Shown one piece after another: positions 32,331-42,992 of a stretch of 64,000 nucleotides of DNA (position 1 is the first letter of the stretch; each line of letters starts with the position of its first letter). Both the position numbers and the translations under genes were made by a program. Source of the stretch: Chamaesiphon sp. (GTDB lineage: Bacteria > Cyanobacteriota > Cyanobacteriia > Cyanobacteriales > Chamaesiphonaceae); assembly GCA_965246715.1 (NCBI GenBank), contig CBDFFH010000034.1, forward strand, positions 1 through 64,000, read 5' to 3'. The notes beneath the pieces were generated by a model, which made no database searches, was not told the DNA's origin, and saw nothing but the letters and a program-made list of their open reading frames with translations.

Positions 32331-33218
32331 TTAACCTTTAACCCCGCTTCCCGCAGCTGTGGGAACGATATATCGTTGGACGAAGGTAAATAACACTAAA
32401 ACGGGCGCGATCGAAATCACTGAACCTGCCGCCACCAATCGCCAGTTCGATCCAAACGCACCCTCTGCTAATTTCGCAACTCCCAATGGCAAGGTGTAAT
32501 AAGTATCCTCTTGCAATACGATCAGCGGCCACAAGAAATCACTCCAAGCACCGATAAACACAAAAATTGAGAGCGTTACCAATGCCGGACGAATTGCTGG
32601 TAACATCACGCTCCACCAAATCCCAATCTCCCAACAACCATCCATTCGTGCCGCTTCTTCGAGTTCTTTGGGTACGGATTGAAAGGATTGACGCAACAAG
32701 AAGATTCCAAAAGCTGAAGCTAGATTTGGTAGAATCACACCTAAATAAGTATTAATCAATCCTAGCTGAACGGCGATAATATATAGCGGAATCATCACGA
32801 TTTGAAAGGGAATCATAATCGTCGAAACCACGATCGCAAAGATAAGTTCTTTACCCTTGAATTCTAGCCTAGCTAAAGGATAAGCAGCTAGCGCACAGAA
32901 TACTAAATTAATTATCACACTCAAGATTGCCACCACACAACTATTAAATAAATAACGCCCAAAATCATTGCTTTGCCAAACAGTAATAATATTCTCTAAA
33001 GTTGGGTGACTCGGTAATAATTGGGGCGGCGACTGAAAAATATTTTCGTCTGCCGACTTGAGCGCCGTACTCAATAACCACAGCAACGGAAATAACATCA
33101 AACTCGCGATCGCACTCAGTCCACCATAGATCCCAACTAATCTCACCGTCGGGTGGTGCCACAAGGTAATTAGAAATGCTAAGAGGTGTTTCTGATACTG
33201 CATGAGAGGTGATGCCAA
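32331..33218 (-). CDS. Carbohydrate ABC transporter permease
   Basis: AAYPLARL; EAA motif ELEEAARMDG; WSDFLWPL. Confidence 0.92.
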   Translation of the reverse strand: MASPLMQYQKHLLAFLITLWHHPTVRLVGIYGGLSAIASLMLFPLLWLLSTALKSADENIFQSPPQLLPSHPTLENIITVWQSNDFGRYLFNSCVVAILSVIINLVFCALAAYPLARLEFKGKELIFAIVVSTIMIPFQIVMIPLYIIAVQLGLINTYLGVILPNLASAFGIFLLRQSFQSVPKELEEAARMDGCWEIGIWWSVMLPAIRPALVTLSIFVFIGAWSDFLWPLIVLQEDTYYTLPLGVAKLAEGAFGSNWRLVAAGSVISIAPVLVLFTFVQRYIVPTAAGSGVKG

Positions 33219-33561
33219 TGAGATCGATCGCTTCCAATCTTACGCCCATATCGGTCACCGCAACCATTAACTAGCAATCGAGCAAAAATTTCAGGGTACC
33301 CACAAGGGGCACTCCTACTCAAATCGTCTGTAGGACTATATCGCTAACTATCTCAAAATTCCTCGCGTGCTGAGACGCGATCGCGATCGAAACGGGGTAA
33401 CCTATAGTAACGGTATTTTAAATGTTGTAAACTTTTCTTACAACTTGCCATGTTAATAAACAGGGTATATCATTGAGATAATGAGTATTTATACCTACCT
33501 ATGTTTGGGTACCATCGTTGTTTGGCTGCGAAGTATCCAGCTCGATCCTTAGCGATTATCT

Positions 33562-35184
33562 ATGATTTCTGAATTTCCCTGGCTCACTGCGATTATTGCG
33601 TTTCCGCTCATAGCTGCCTTAGCTATTCCCGTATTACCCGACACCGATGGTAAAACCGTGCGGCTTTACGCATTGGGAGCTGGGATCCTCGAATTTTGTT
33701 TGATTCTCTACACATTCGCTATACGATACGACTTTAATAACCCCAGCTTACAATTGGTCGAGCGCTATCGCTGGATACCACAACTAGGATTGAATTGGTC
33801 TTTGAGCGTAGATGGATTGTCTATGCCCTTAGTCGTGTTAACAGGGTTTGTGACCACGCTCGCAACCTTTGCGGCTTGGAATATCAAGATTAAGCCGCGC
33901 CTATTTTACAGCTTGATGTTGGTAATGTATAGTGCCCAGATTGCGGTATTTCTCGCCCAAGATCTACTCATGTTTTTCATGCTGTGGGAATTGGAACTGG
34001 TTCCGGTTTACCTAATTATTTCGATTTGGGGTGGGGCGCAGCGACTATATGCAGCGACTAAATTTATCCTCTACACTGCCCTGGGATCGATCTTCATCTT
34101 GATTGCTGCCCTCGCACTGGCTTTCTATGGCGGTAACATCACATTTGACTTTACCGAACTCGGACTCAAGCAATACCCGATCGGGTTAGAATTATTAGCC
34201 TATGCTGGCTTGCTGATTGCATTTGGGGTCAAATTACCGATTTTCCCTTTGCATACTTGGCTACCAGATGCTCACGGCGAAGCACCCGCACCTGGATCGA
34301 TGATTTTAGCAGGTGTCTTACTCAAAATGGGCGGTTATGCACTAATTCGCCTCAATGCCGAAATGCTGCCCCACGCTCACGTATATTTCGCGCCTGTCCT
34401 CGCGGTACTCGGTGTTGTAAACATCGTCTACGGTGCCCTCGCAGCCTTCTCTCAGGACAATCTCAAGCGGCGGTTGGCTTACTCTTCGATTTCCCATATG
34501 GGGTTTGTATTAATCGGGATTGCTTCATTCACTGCGTTGGGTATTAATGGCGCGATGCTGCAGATGATCTCTCACGGATTAATTGCCGCAGGTTTATTTT
34601 TCCTCTCTGGGGTAACCTACGAACGCTCCCACACCCTATCGATGGAGAAAATGGGCGGGATTGGTAAATCCATGCCGATAACTTTTTCCCTCTTTACTGC
34701 TGGTGCGATGGCTTCACTCGCTTTACCTGGGATGAGCGGCTTTGTCGGCGAATTGACGGTTTTTCTGGGCTTGACTACTAGCGATGTTTATAGTAGTGAA
34801 TTTAAAACGATCGCGATCTTCCTATCCGCAGTCGGACTGGTGATTACGCCCATCTATTTACTCTCGATGTTACGACGGGTATTTTTTGGACAAGAACGCG
34901 ATACCGTCCCGATCGAGCCGTGGTTGGATATTAAGCCGCGCGAGCTGATAATTACGATGAGTTTCTTGATTCCGATTATCGGGATTGGTTTGTATCCCAA
35001 ACTTGCGACTCAAACTTATGACAGTACGACTGTTGCTGTCGCCGCTCATCTGCGGAACGCTTTACCAACGATCGCGCGGAGCGGGCATACTAGCTTGTAC
35101 GCTCAGGTGAATGCAGAACCTGCCCAAACGACAATTGGGACACCAATTATTCCTGGTAAATTGGTCGGTTCGATCGCGCGTTAA
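33562..35184 (+). CDS. ndhD: NAD(P)H-quinone oxidoreductase subunit 4
   Basis: [45 protein letters not shown]. Confidence 0.95.
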   Translation: MISEFPWLTAIIAFPLIAALAIPVLPDTDGKTVRLYALGAGILEFCLILYTFAIRYDFNNPSLQLVERYRWIPQLGLNWSLSVDGLSMPLVVLTGFVTTLATFAAWNIKIKPRLFYSLMLVMYSAQIAVFLAQDLLMFFMLWELELVPVYLIISIWGGAQRLYAATKFILYTALGSIFILIAALALAFYGGNITFDFTELGLKQYPIGLELLAYAGLLIAFGVKLPIFPLHTWLPDAHGEAPAPGSMILAGVLLKMGGYALIRLNAEMLPHAHVYFAPVLAVLGVVNIVYGALAAFSQDNLKRRLAYSSISHMGFVLIGIASFTALGINGAMLQMISHGLIAAGLFFLSGVTYERSHTLSMEKMGGIGKSMPITFSLFTAGAMASLALPGMSGFVGELTVFLGLTTSDVYSSEFKTIAIFLSAVGLVITPIYLLSMLRRVFFGQERDTVPIEPWLDIKPRELIITMSFLIPIIGIGLYPKLATQTYDSTTVAVAAHLRNALPTIARSGHTSLYAQVNAEPAQTTIGTPIIPGKLVGSIAR

Positions 35185-35218
35185 TTTGGTGGCAATCGAG
35201 GACAGGCTAACTGAATGC

Positions 35219-35252
35219 AAACCTGTATAGTTCAAAGCTATACAGGTTTTGT
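35219..35252. terminator. Intrinsic terminator between convergent genes
   Basis: aaacctgtatag-loop-ctatacaggttt followed by a T-rich tract. Confidence 0.75.
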
Positions 35253-35298
35253 TTTAACGATCGATTGTTCATCTGAGGGATTCTGTGTGATATGCGGA

Positions 35299-35817
35299 TT
35301 AAAGCATTCCTGATTCCCAACTTTCATCGGTGCTAACTCGATCGATCAGTTCGATCGTGCTGTGATATTTAGTGAGATTACCTTGCTCCTGAAATAGTTT
35401 CGCCGCTTGCTGTAGATCGAGGAGTGCTTCTGGCTCGCACGCTAACATACGATAGACGAAACCTCTGCTAGAATACGATCGCGCATCGGTAGGATTGAGT
35501 TCGATCGCCCGATCGTAATCGCTAATCGCCCGGGTATAATTTTTAACGAGATAGTGAATAAAACCGCGTCGATAATAAGCAATTGCTAAATCGGGATCGA
35601 GATCGATCGCTTGGGTATAGTCTGACATTGCCTCAATAATGTCGCCCAAACGGTACTGCGTTACACCCCGACAAGCATAAGCGCTCGCGGATTCAGGCTT
35701 GAGTTCGATCGCTGTAGAGTATTCAGCCAGTGCCCCTTGATAATCTCGCTCTTGATATTTCGATCGAGCAGATTTTAATAGCTGTTGGTATGTAGCGGCG
35801 GTGGTAGTAAAATTCAT
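35299..35817 (-). CDS. TPR-repeat protein
   Basis: Repeated AY..RG...A..DY..AI.L.P units. Confidence 0.9.
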   Translation of the reverse strand: MNFTTTAATYQQLLKSARSKYQERDYQGALAEYSTAIELKPESASAYACRGVTQYRLGDIIEAMSDYTQAIDLDPDLAIAYYRRGFIHYLVKNYTRAISDYDRAIELNPTDARSYSSRGFVYRMLACEPEALLDLQQAAKLFQEQGNLTKYHSTIELIDRVSTDESWESGML

Positions 35818-36123
35818 TGCTTGACTGAGAATGTGTTGGATGTGGATATTTATTGTCTATACAGAAGATCTAAATGAAAGATAAATAGAGAATGAAATCT
35901 GGTGAGTAATTCGCACGAGCTAAGGGTGCGAGCTGATAGTTAAATACAAAAAATACTTTTGAAACTAACACTCAAACGTACCTAACATTCTTAAATTACC
36001 CATAAGTAATCAAAAAACAGCAATTTCGACTTAATGTTTATATTTCCTGTTGTTGCCCTTAAGACTACACGTTCGGACGATCGTCTCGTTTGCGGTTACC
36101 ACTGAATCGATCGAGGGAGTGCT

Positions 36124-36498
36124 TCACCAGTGCAGAATTTTGGAGATTTGCGCTGGCAGATCGATCGAATTAAATGGTTTTGTAATTATGCCACTGATGC
36201 CGAGATCTGGAAATTGGCTGCTGTGAGCCGTTTGGATGCTACCGGTCATCAATATGACTGGAATGTTCGCAGTAATTCGATCGGTTTGGAGCGCCCGACA
36301 AGTGGCAATTCCATCGATTCCTGGCATCATTAGATCCAACAAGATCGCATCGGGAAGTTCTCGTTTGGCGATCTCGATGCCCGCATCTCCGGCACTGGCA
36401 GATATTACTTCCCATCCCGCCGCGATGTTGATGCCAAATTTGACGATTAGCTGGATGGCTTCATCATCATCGATAATTAACAGGCGTTTGTGACTCAT
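36124..36498 (-). CDS. Single-domain response regulator (CheY-like)
   Basis: LIIDDD, LLDLMMPGIDG, ITKPF. Confidence 0.93.
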   Translation of the reverse strand: MSHKRLLIIDDDEAIQLIVKFGINIAAGWEVISASAGDAGIEIAKRELPDAILLDLMMPGIDGIATCRALQTDRITANIPVILMTGSIQTAHSSQFPDLGISGIITKPFNSIDLPAQISKILHW

Positions 36499-36609
36499 TG
36501 ATTCGTAAATAGTGAATAGTGATTTCCTTCTATTCGTGCCCTTTCCTCCTCTAATCGCTCGAACTTATCACCATAAATATGGGAGAGCCACCTCTTCCGT
36601 AAAGCATTC

Positions 36610-37095
36610 TCATACCTGCCTGCCTAAGATGACTAAATCTCGATCGATCCCATTGAGTTCGGCGATTTGGGGTAAATAACCCCATTGCTGGAAACCCTGC
36701 TTTTTAAATAAGTTTAAACTCGGTGGATTGTGAGCAAAAATGAAGGCAACTAGTGTTTTTAGATCTAGGCTCGGGGCTGTCTCGAGCGCTTTAACTAATA
36801 AGCTATTTCCCAATTGTTGGCGATAAAAATCTGGGGATACATAAACGCTTACCTCTGCTGTATGGCGATACGCATCGCGACCATAAAACGATCGAAAACT
36901 CAGCCAGGCAGCGATCTTATCGTCTGTTTCTAGTACCCATAACGGACGACGCTCGGGTGTATGCGCGCAAAACCATTCCATTCGACTCTCGACTGTCACT
37001 GGCTCTAAATCTGCTGTCGCCATCCGTCCGGGAATCGACGTATTATAAATCTCAATAATTGTTGGTAAATCTTCGATCGTTGCGTCGCGAATCAT
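36610..37095 (-). CDS. GNAT N-acetyltransferase (phosphinothricin acetyltransferase/YncA-like)
   Basis: IIEIYN, AY..TAEVSVYV, HN.PSL.LF.K.GF. Confidence 0.88.
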   Translation of the reverse strand: MIRDATIEDLPTIIEIYNTSIPGRMATADLEPVTVESRMEWFCAHTPERRPLWVLETDDKIAAWLSFRSFYGRDAYRHTAEVSVYVSPDFYRQQLGNSLLVKALETAPSLDLKTLVAFIFAHNPPSLNLFKKQGFQQWGYLPQIAELNGIDRDLVILGRQV

Positions 37096-37301
37096 CTACT
37101 AAATTATTGGCGTTAAAATTAGCAACGCCAAATTATAAATTACAATCTTAGAGACAACTTAACGGTTGTCTCAAATGTTTCAACTAAATGTTATCTCGAT
37201 CGGGCGCTGTTTTCATAATTTATAATTTAACTAACGTGAGTTCGGGTTAAGGATATTTGCTTCGTTCAAGCACCGCACTCGATTGAAATCGGTGCTAATA
37301 G

Positions 37302-37355
37302 TGCAAAGTCCGCCTTCGCGGACTAATTATCTAGTCCGCGAAGGCGGACTTTGCA
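37302..37355. repeat. REP-like doublet, 24-bp perfect inverted repeat
   Basis: tgcaaagtccgccttcgcggacta / tagtccgcgaaggcggactttgca; related copy at about 62205-62306. Confidence 0.85.
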
Positions 37356-37388
37356 TCATGAGCCGAGACTTCAGTCTCCAGGCTATTC

Positions 37389-37820
37389 TTATCCCGAACT
37401 GACGTTAACTACCCATTTCCAGAGTGGATGAGAACTACCCTGCTTGCGAATCTGACAAACTTGTCTCGCTAGCCGTTCGCGTTCGTGTTTAGAAATGCCC
37501 CAGATCGAGTTGCAACTTTGCCATAATAACGTACCAGTCATCATCCCCAGACATATTGCTAAACCGATTGCGGCAATCGGTTGAAAGACTAATCCATATT
37601 TGACCGCCGCCCAAGTAAAATCCTCGCGGATCAAATCGATCGGGTAGCGCAATTCCCAGAGGCTGTACACCCCAATAGTAGCCCACAGCAACCCGATCGT
37701 CACCCACCTGCCATAGAGATGTAACCGATACAACCGATCGATTTGGCTTTTAAAAACCGGATCGAGTTCGAGATCGGGCAATTCATCAGCATTGCATTCG
37801 CCAGATTCGACCTCAGACAT
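37389..37820 (-). CDS. Conserved hypothetical membrane protein
   Basis: Two TM segments; C-terminal IRKQGSSHPLWKWV. Confidence 0.7.
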   Translation of the reverse strand: MSEVESGECNADELPDLELDPVFKSQIDRLYRLHLYGRWVTIGLLWATIGVYSLWELRYPIDLIREDFTWAAVKYGLVFQPIAAIGLAICLGMMTGTLLWQSCNSIWGISKHERERLARQVCQIRKQGSSHPLWKWVVNVSSG

Positions 37821-37916
37821 AACTAAATTCCTTTCCTCTATTTAAGACAGCAAATCCGCTCGGATCTTTAGTATCGATAACTTAGATCCAGCTACGCTTG
37901 AAGATATTGCTAGCGA

Positions 37917-38876
37917 TTAAGATTCAGAACTTATAGCGGTGGGATTGGGTGTAACTGGATGCTTTTCCCGCCACCAAGCAAACAGGGTACTAGCGATAAA
38001 GATACTGGAGTAAGCTCCCGCCGTAAAGCCGATAATCAAACACAAAGCGAAGTTTTTGAGCGTCTCACCACCGAACAAGAAAATAGCGAATAGCGTCAAA
38101 AGTACTGTCAGGGTAGTATTGATCGATCGAGACATGGTTTGATTGACCGCATCATCTACAATCTGGGTAATCGGCTGGTCGGGATGCAAGCTGATAACTT
38201 CACGAATCCGATCGTAAATCACGACCGTATCGTTCACCGAAAAACCGATAATCGTCAAGATCGCGACGACGAATAAACTATCGATTTCGACACCGCCAAC
38301 TAAACCTAAGATCGAGAAAATTCCAGTCGTAATAAATACATCATGGAATAACGCGACAAAAGCGAAGAACGCATAGTCGAGTTTGAAGCGGAAGGTTAAA
38401 TATACTAGAATCAAGGCAAACGATAATCCGATCGCAATTAAGCCATTTTGAAATAACTCTTGGCCGAGTGTCGGCCCGACTGTATCGTTTTGAGTTTTCT
38501 GCGGGTCGAATTTACCGATCTTTTCCGACAATGCACTTTCTAATTTAGTTCTAGCATCGACCTTGAGATCCTTAGTCCGAATCGACAGCCCAGTTGAGTC
38601 CTTACCAACGACTTGGATCAGCGGATCGACAATTCCTTGATTTCTCACGATTTCTCGGACGACGGCGATATCGATCGGTTTACAATTATTCGCGATCGAA
38701 CAGTCTAATTCATACTGTAATTTCGAGCCACCAGTAAAGTCTAGTCCTCTCCGTAATGGCGATCCGATCTCAGGGTTAGTCCACGATAAAATCATCGAGA
38801 CAATCCCCGTCAAGATAATCGCAATCGATAGCATCCACCACCATTTGCGCTGTTTGGTAACACTAAATTTTTTCAT
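37917..38876 (-). CDS. secF: Protein translocase subunit SecF
   Basis: GLDFTGG, VGPTLG, GFSVNDTVVIYDRIRE, GAYSSIFIA. Confidence 0.96.
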   Translation of the reverse strand: MKKFSVTKQRKWWWMLSIAIILTGIVSMILSWTNPEIGSPLRRGLDFTGGSKLQYELDCSIANNCKPIDIAVVREIVRNQGIVDPLIQVVGKDSTGLSIRTKDLKVDARTKLESALSEKIGKFDPQKTQNDTVGPTLGQELFQNGLIAIGLSFALILVYLTFRFKLDYAFFAFVALFHDVFITTGIFSILGLVGGVEIDSLFVVAILTIIGFSVNDTVVIYDRIREVISLHPDQPITQIVDDAVNQTMSRSINTTLTVLLTLFAIFLFGGETLKNFALCLIIGFTAGAYSSIFIASTLFAWWREKHPVTPNPTAISSES

Positions 38877-39014
38877 ATAATTTCGATCGGTTATTAATTT
38901 TAAGGGATAAAAACTCTCTAGCTAGTTCGAGCTTAAACCCTAGCTGGTGGGCATTTGCCCACCCTACTTCTAAACCGTCGGGGAACCCGACGAGCGCGCA
39001 TCGCGAGCCACCAT

Positions 39015-40406
39015 TCAACTACTCGGTAAATTTGGTACGAATAACTGAGTTTTCTGCCGCAAAGCTGGAAAACCTAGTACTAGCAGTAACAAGAATGTCC
39101 GCGTACAGGTTAATGAGGTGAATAAGCTCAACAATACCCCAACTGCCAACGTAACCGCATAACCTTTCACCAGTCCCGAACCCAGGAAAAATAGCGCCCC
39201 GCAGGAAATTAACGTGGTAACGTGACTGTCGAGAATACTATCGAACGCGCGATGAAATCCAGCTTCTACCGACTTATACAAAGTTTTGCCAGCCCGTAGC
39301 TCCTCACGGGTGCGCTCGAAGATCAGGACATTGGCATCCACAGCCATCCCGATACTCAAGATAAACCCGGCAATCCCTGGCAGTGTCAATGTTACATCCA
39401 AAAGATTGAAAGCGGCCAGGGTTAAGAGTGCATAAATTATCAATGCCACGTCAGCGACAAGTCCCGGGACACGATAGTAGACAGCCATAAAGATTGCCAC
39501 GAGCATCAATCCGCCGATCCCAGCATAGATACTACTCATAATGCTATCTCGCCCCAGGGTCGCTCCTACCGTCCGGTTCTCCACGATTTCAACGGGAACT
39601 GGGAGCGAACCACCCCGTAATTGCACCGCGAGATCGTTAGCTTTTTCGGTAGTAAAGTTACCGGTAATTACGGCTTTACCGCCAGTAATCCCCGTCGCCG
39701 CAAATTGTGGGCCGACAGTTGGCGTACTAATCGGATCGTTGTCTAGGAATACACCGATCGTGCGACCCGTACCAGCTAAGCTTTTAGTCAGTTTAGCAAA
39801 TGCTTCGCCACCAGCACCATCAAACTCGATCGCAACTTCCCAACCGCTATTACTTAAGGGTTGCGGACTGGCATTTTTAAGTTGCTTACCTGTAATTGCT
39901 GCGTTATCGAATAACTTACCAATCTCCGCAAACTGTCTACTGAGTGCGGCTTGATTGTCTAAAATGGCTTGTTTGTCACCAGACTTTTTGAGGAGGGTCT
40001 GAGTGCGCTTAGCTTCTTCTAGTACTGCCAACTCAGCACCGAGCTTACCTTCGGTACCCACTTTTTGCTCGCGAAATTCGAGTTGAGCGGTACCGCCGAG
40101 GACGCGTTCGGCTTGCTGGGGGTCGTTGACTCCAGGCAATTGGACTAAAACTCGATCGGTTCCCGAAGATTGCACCAAAGCTTCGGCTACACCCAAGCCA
40201 TTAATCCGATTTTCGATCACCGTTTTGACCGCATCGAGATCGAGCTTGGTGATTTCAGGATGTTCTTTAGTTGGCTTAATCTGAATGGTGAGTTGCGAGC
40301 CTCCTTGTAAGTCAAGTCCCAAGCGCATGGGTTTGTTGATTAACAGAGTCATCGCAGCGATCGCTAGGACTATAATTAAGCCTAAAATAACTCGCTGTTT
40401 TTGCAT
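39015..40406 (-). CDS. secD: Protein translocase subunit SecD
   Basis: LGLDLQGG, TLPGIAG, GMAVDANVLIFER. Start trimmed to MQKQR. Confidence 0.96.
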   Translation of the reverse strand: MQKQRVILGLIIVLAIAAMTLLINKPMRLGLDLQGGSQLTIQIKPTKEHPEITKLDLDAVKTVIENRINGLGVAEALVQSSGTDRVLVQLPGVNDPQQAERVLGGTAQLEFREQKVGTEGKLGAELAVLEEAKRTQTLLKKSGDKQAILDNQAALSRQFAEIGKLFDNAAITGKQLKNASPQPLSNSGWEVAIEFDGAGGEAFAKLTKSLAGTGRTIGVFLDNDPISTPTVGPQFAATGITGGKAVITGNFTTEKANDLAVQLRGGSLPVPVEIVENRTVGATLGRDSIMSSIYAGIGGLMLVAIFMAVYYRVPGLVADVALIIYALLTLAAFNLLDVTLTLPGIAGFILSIGMAVDANVLIFERTREELRAGKTLYKSVEAGFHRAFDSILDSHVTTLISCGALFFLGSGLVKGYAVTLAVGVLLSLFTSLTCTRTFLLLLVLGFPALRQKTQLFVPNLPSS

Positions 40407-40414
40407 AATAAATT

Positions 40415-40459
40415 TAAATAGTGAATAGTGAATAGTGAATACTGAATAGTGAATAGTGA
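40415..40459. repeat. Short tandem heptamer repeats (TGAATAG)n, STRR-type
   Basis: aaatagtgaatagtgaatagtgaatactgaatagtgaatagtga. Confidence 0.85.
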
Positions 40460-40630
40460 GTATTGGGTTAAAGGAAACAGGATATGGACTCATAGATCCT
40501 TTAACTATCCGCCTGTAGCTACAAGGGAATTAGACTATTTGTTAATAGTTACGAGCGTGGAAATTAAGTAACAATAATTTTCTCTTTCCTTACCCCTCAC
40601 CCCCAGCCACTGGTCACTAGTCACTACCCC

Positions 40631-41614
40631 CTAGACTTTGCCATCTACCATCTGTTTGATGGCTTCGACAATTTGGGGCGGTTGGATAATCGTTAGATAC
40701 TCTAACTTTCCATTGTAAGGGGTCGGAATATCTTGTGACGACATCCGCAGTACGGGTGCATCTAGCTCATCAAAGAAATTATCGACGATCGAAGCTGTCA
40801 ATTCTGCCCCAATCCCACCAGTTCGCATACATTCTTCGACAATGATTACTTTGTGGGTCTTCTTAATCGATGCCCCAATTGTCTCCAGATCTAATGGTTT
40901 GAGCGAAATCAGGTCGATAATTTCCGGATCGTAGCCCTCCGACTCCAGCATTGACATCGCTTGGGTGCAATGATGGCGCATCCGCGAGTATGTGAGCACC
41001 GTGACATCTTTACCAGGACGCACGATCTCGGCTTTATCTAACGGCTGGAGATATTCACCATCGGGTAAATCTTCTTTGAGGTTATAGAGTAAAACGTGCT
41101 CGAAGAACAATACTGGGTTATCGTCTCTAATTGCCGATTTGAGCAGCCCCTTCGCATTGCGTGGTGTCGAACAAGCGACGATTTTCAAGCCAGGAACTGC
41201 TTGGAAATAAGCTTCCAATCGTTGGGAGTGTTCCGCACCCAATTGTCTGCCGACCCCACCAGGCCCGCGAATTACGAGGGGAATTGTAAAATTACCACCA
41301 GATGTATAGCGGAGCATCCCCGCATTATTGGAGATCTGGTTGAAGGCGAGGAGCAGAAACCCCATGTTCATCCCTTCAATAATCGGACGTAATCCGGTCA
41401 TGGCAGCACCTACAGCCATCCCGGTAAAACTATTTTCGGCGATCGGGGTGTCCAATACCCGCAGGTCTCCATATTTCTTATAGAGATCCTTAGTCACTTT
41501 GTAGGAACCACCGTAATGTCCGACATCTTCACCCATGACTAGTACGGCTGAATCCCTCGCCATCTCTTCATCGATCGCGGCACGTAGGGCATTAAAAAAT
41601 AGAGTTTCTGCCAT
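40631..41614 (-). CDS. pdhB: Pyruvate dehydrogenase E1 beta subunit
   Basis: [29 protein letters not shown]. Confidence 0.96.
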   Translation of the reverse strand: MAETLFFNALRAAIDEEMARDSAVLVMGEDVGHYGGSYKVTKDLYKKYGDLRVLDTPIAENSFTGMAVGAAMTGLRPIIEGMNMGFLLLAFNQISNNAGMLRYTSGGNFTIPLVIRGPGGVGRQLGAEHSQRLEAYFQAVPGLKIVACSTPRNAKGLLKSAIRDDNPVLFFEHVLLYNLKEDLPDGEYLQPLDKAEIVRPGKDVTVLTYSRMRHHCTQAMSMLESEGYDPEIIDLISLKPLDLETIGASIKKTHKVIIVEECMRTGGIGAELTASIVDNFFDELDAPVLRMSSQDIPTPYNGKLEYLTIIQPPQIVEAIKQMVDGKV

Positions 41615-41739
41615 GCTAGGTTTACAACACTTGAATTTCTCAGATCTCACTCTAGCAGAGTTAGGGAATAGGGAGTAGGGGTAGGGACGTAGGATAGTTT
41701 ATTCTCTAAATAGTTGGCGTTGAAGTTTGGCTGTCGTCT

Positions 41740-42291
41740 GTGACGAGCGAACCGACTAATTTTTTAAATATATCCCCAGCCATGATTAGAAAAGTCGAAG
41801 TCGTTCCACACGACCCAAATTGGCAGATTGCCTTCGAGTCAGAATCACAGCAAGTTAAAATAGCACTGGGCGAAAATGTCATCGCTATTCATCATATTGG
41901 CAGCACATCGATCTCAACAATTCACGCCAAACCAATTATCGATCTGCTAGTTGAGGTCGGAGACATCGCTAAAGTTGACGATCGCAATTCACAGATGCAA
42001 GCATTGGGCTATGAGTGCATGGGCGAGTTTGGCATTCCCGCTCGGCGGTTTTTCCGCAAAGACAATGCCGCCGGAATTAGAACCCACCACATTCATACCT
42101 TCGAGGTAGACTCAGCTCAAGTAAAACGTCACCTCGCATTTCGCGATTATCTAAACGCTCATCCAGCAGCAGCGCAACAATACAGCGAACTAAAACAAGA
42201 ACTTGCAAAGCAGTACCCAAATGATATTCAGGAGTATATGGATGGAAAAAATGAATTTATTCATGCGATCGATCTTAAAGCAGCCGAGTAG
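41740..42291 (+). CDS. GrpB/UPF0157-family protein
   Basis: HHIGSTSI, AKPIID, FRDYL, Y..GK. Confidence 0.9.
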   Translation: MTSEPTNFLNISPAMIRKVEVVPHDPNWQIAFESESQQVKIALGENVIAIHHIGSTSISTIHAKPIIDLLVEVGDIAKVDDRNSQMQALGYECMGEFGIPARRFFRKDNAAGIRTHHIHTFEVDSAQVKRHLAFRDYLNAHPAAAQQYSELKQELAKQYPNDIQEYMDGKNEFIHAIDLKAAE

Positions 42292-42296
42292 ATCCC

Positions 42297-42358
42297 GGGT
42301 GCCCCTTGTGGGCACCCCTACACAATTTACCTGTAGGGGATCCCCTTGTGGGTACCCT
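42297..42358. repeat. GTAG-type REP doublet
   Basis: gggtgccccttgtgggcacccctac / gtaggggatccccttgtgggtaccct. Confidence 0.8.
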
Positions 42359-42482
42359 CAGATCTGCGCTTTTACTAGTTTTCATATATTAGTGAAAGAT
42401 GCGAACAACCTGGTTTGGATCGGTAGTAACCCATCGCTAATAATTAATAGTTGAATGGCTAACTGGCACACACGATCGCGAT

Positions 42483-42891
42483 TTATCGATCGGGAAGATC
42501 TGGCGATCCATCGATCGCACTCTCTTGTAATTTAAGTGCGTGGAAGATACTCAGGACATCACAATGCCACTCTGGTAAAATTAGTGTCATCACAATCTCT
42601 TCCAAACTGTTAACCAGACAGAGCACGATCGGGAGCCATAACGTTGGTGAGTAGTCAAAGCCAAATAGTGCCACTGTTGCCACCAGCAGCGTCAACCCCC
42701 AGATTTTGGCAGTGTAGGTATGAAAGCTGGGGAATTTGCGAAATTTGCCCAAACTGACGGCAAATAGCAGTAATCGAAAATAAAGATCTGTCTTGTGAGT
42801 GATTTGTTTGCTTGGCGATCGCCATTAAGCTTGGATAGACAATACTACAGACAACTTCCGACCAGCGTGGATGGTTACAGCAACAGCACAT
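42483..42891 (-). pseudogene. Fragmented CDP-alcohol phosphatidyltransferase-like gene
   Basis: Only the C-terminal KF.KFPSFHTYTAKIWG..SLEEI.MTL.LPEW..DV is intact; the upstream part is broken. Confidence 0.6.
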
Positions 42892-42992
42892 TCATAGAAA
42901 TCTTTAGCACCACTAGGGTTGCAACCCTATTTGCATAGCTCTGGAGGTTAACACATCGCTCGACGCGAATACTTACTGTTTGCCATTGATAT

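Noticed and set aside
37261..37385. Repeat clusters here and at 42297 and 62147 as possible CRISPR arrays
   Set aside because: They are inverted palindromes, not direct repeats with unique spacers, and there are no cas genes.
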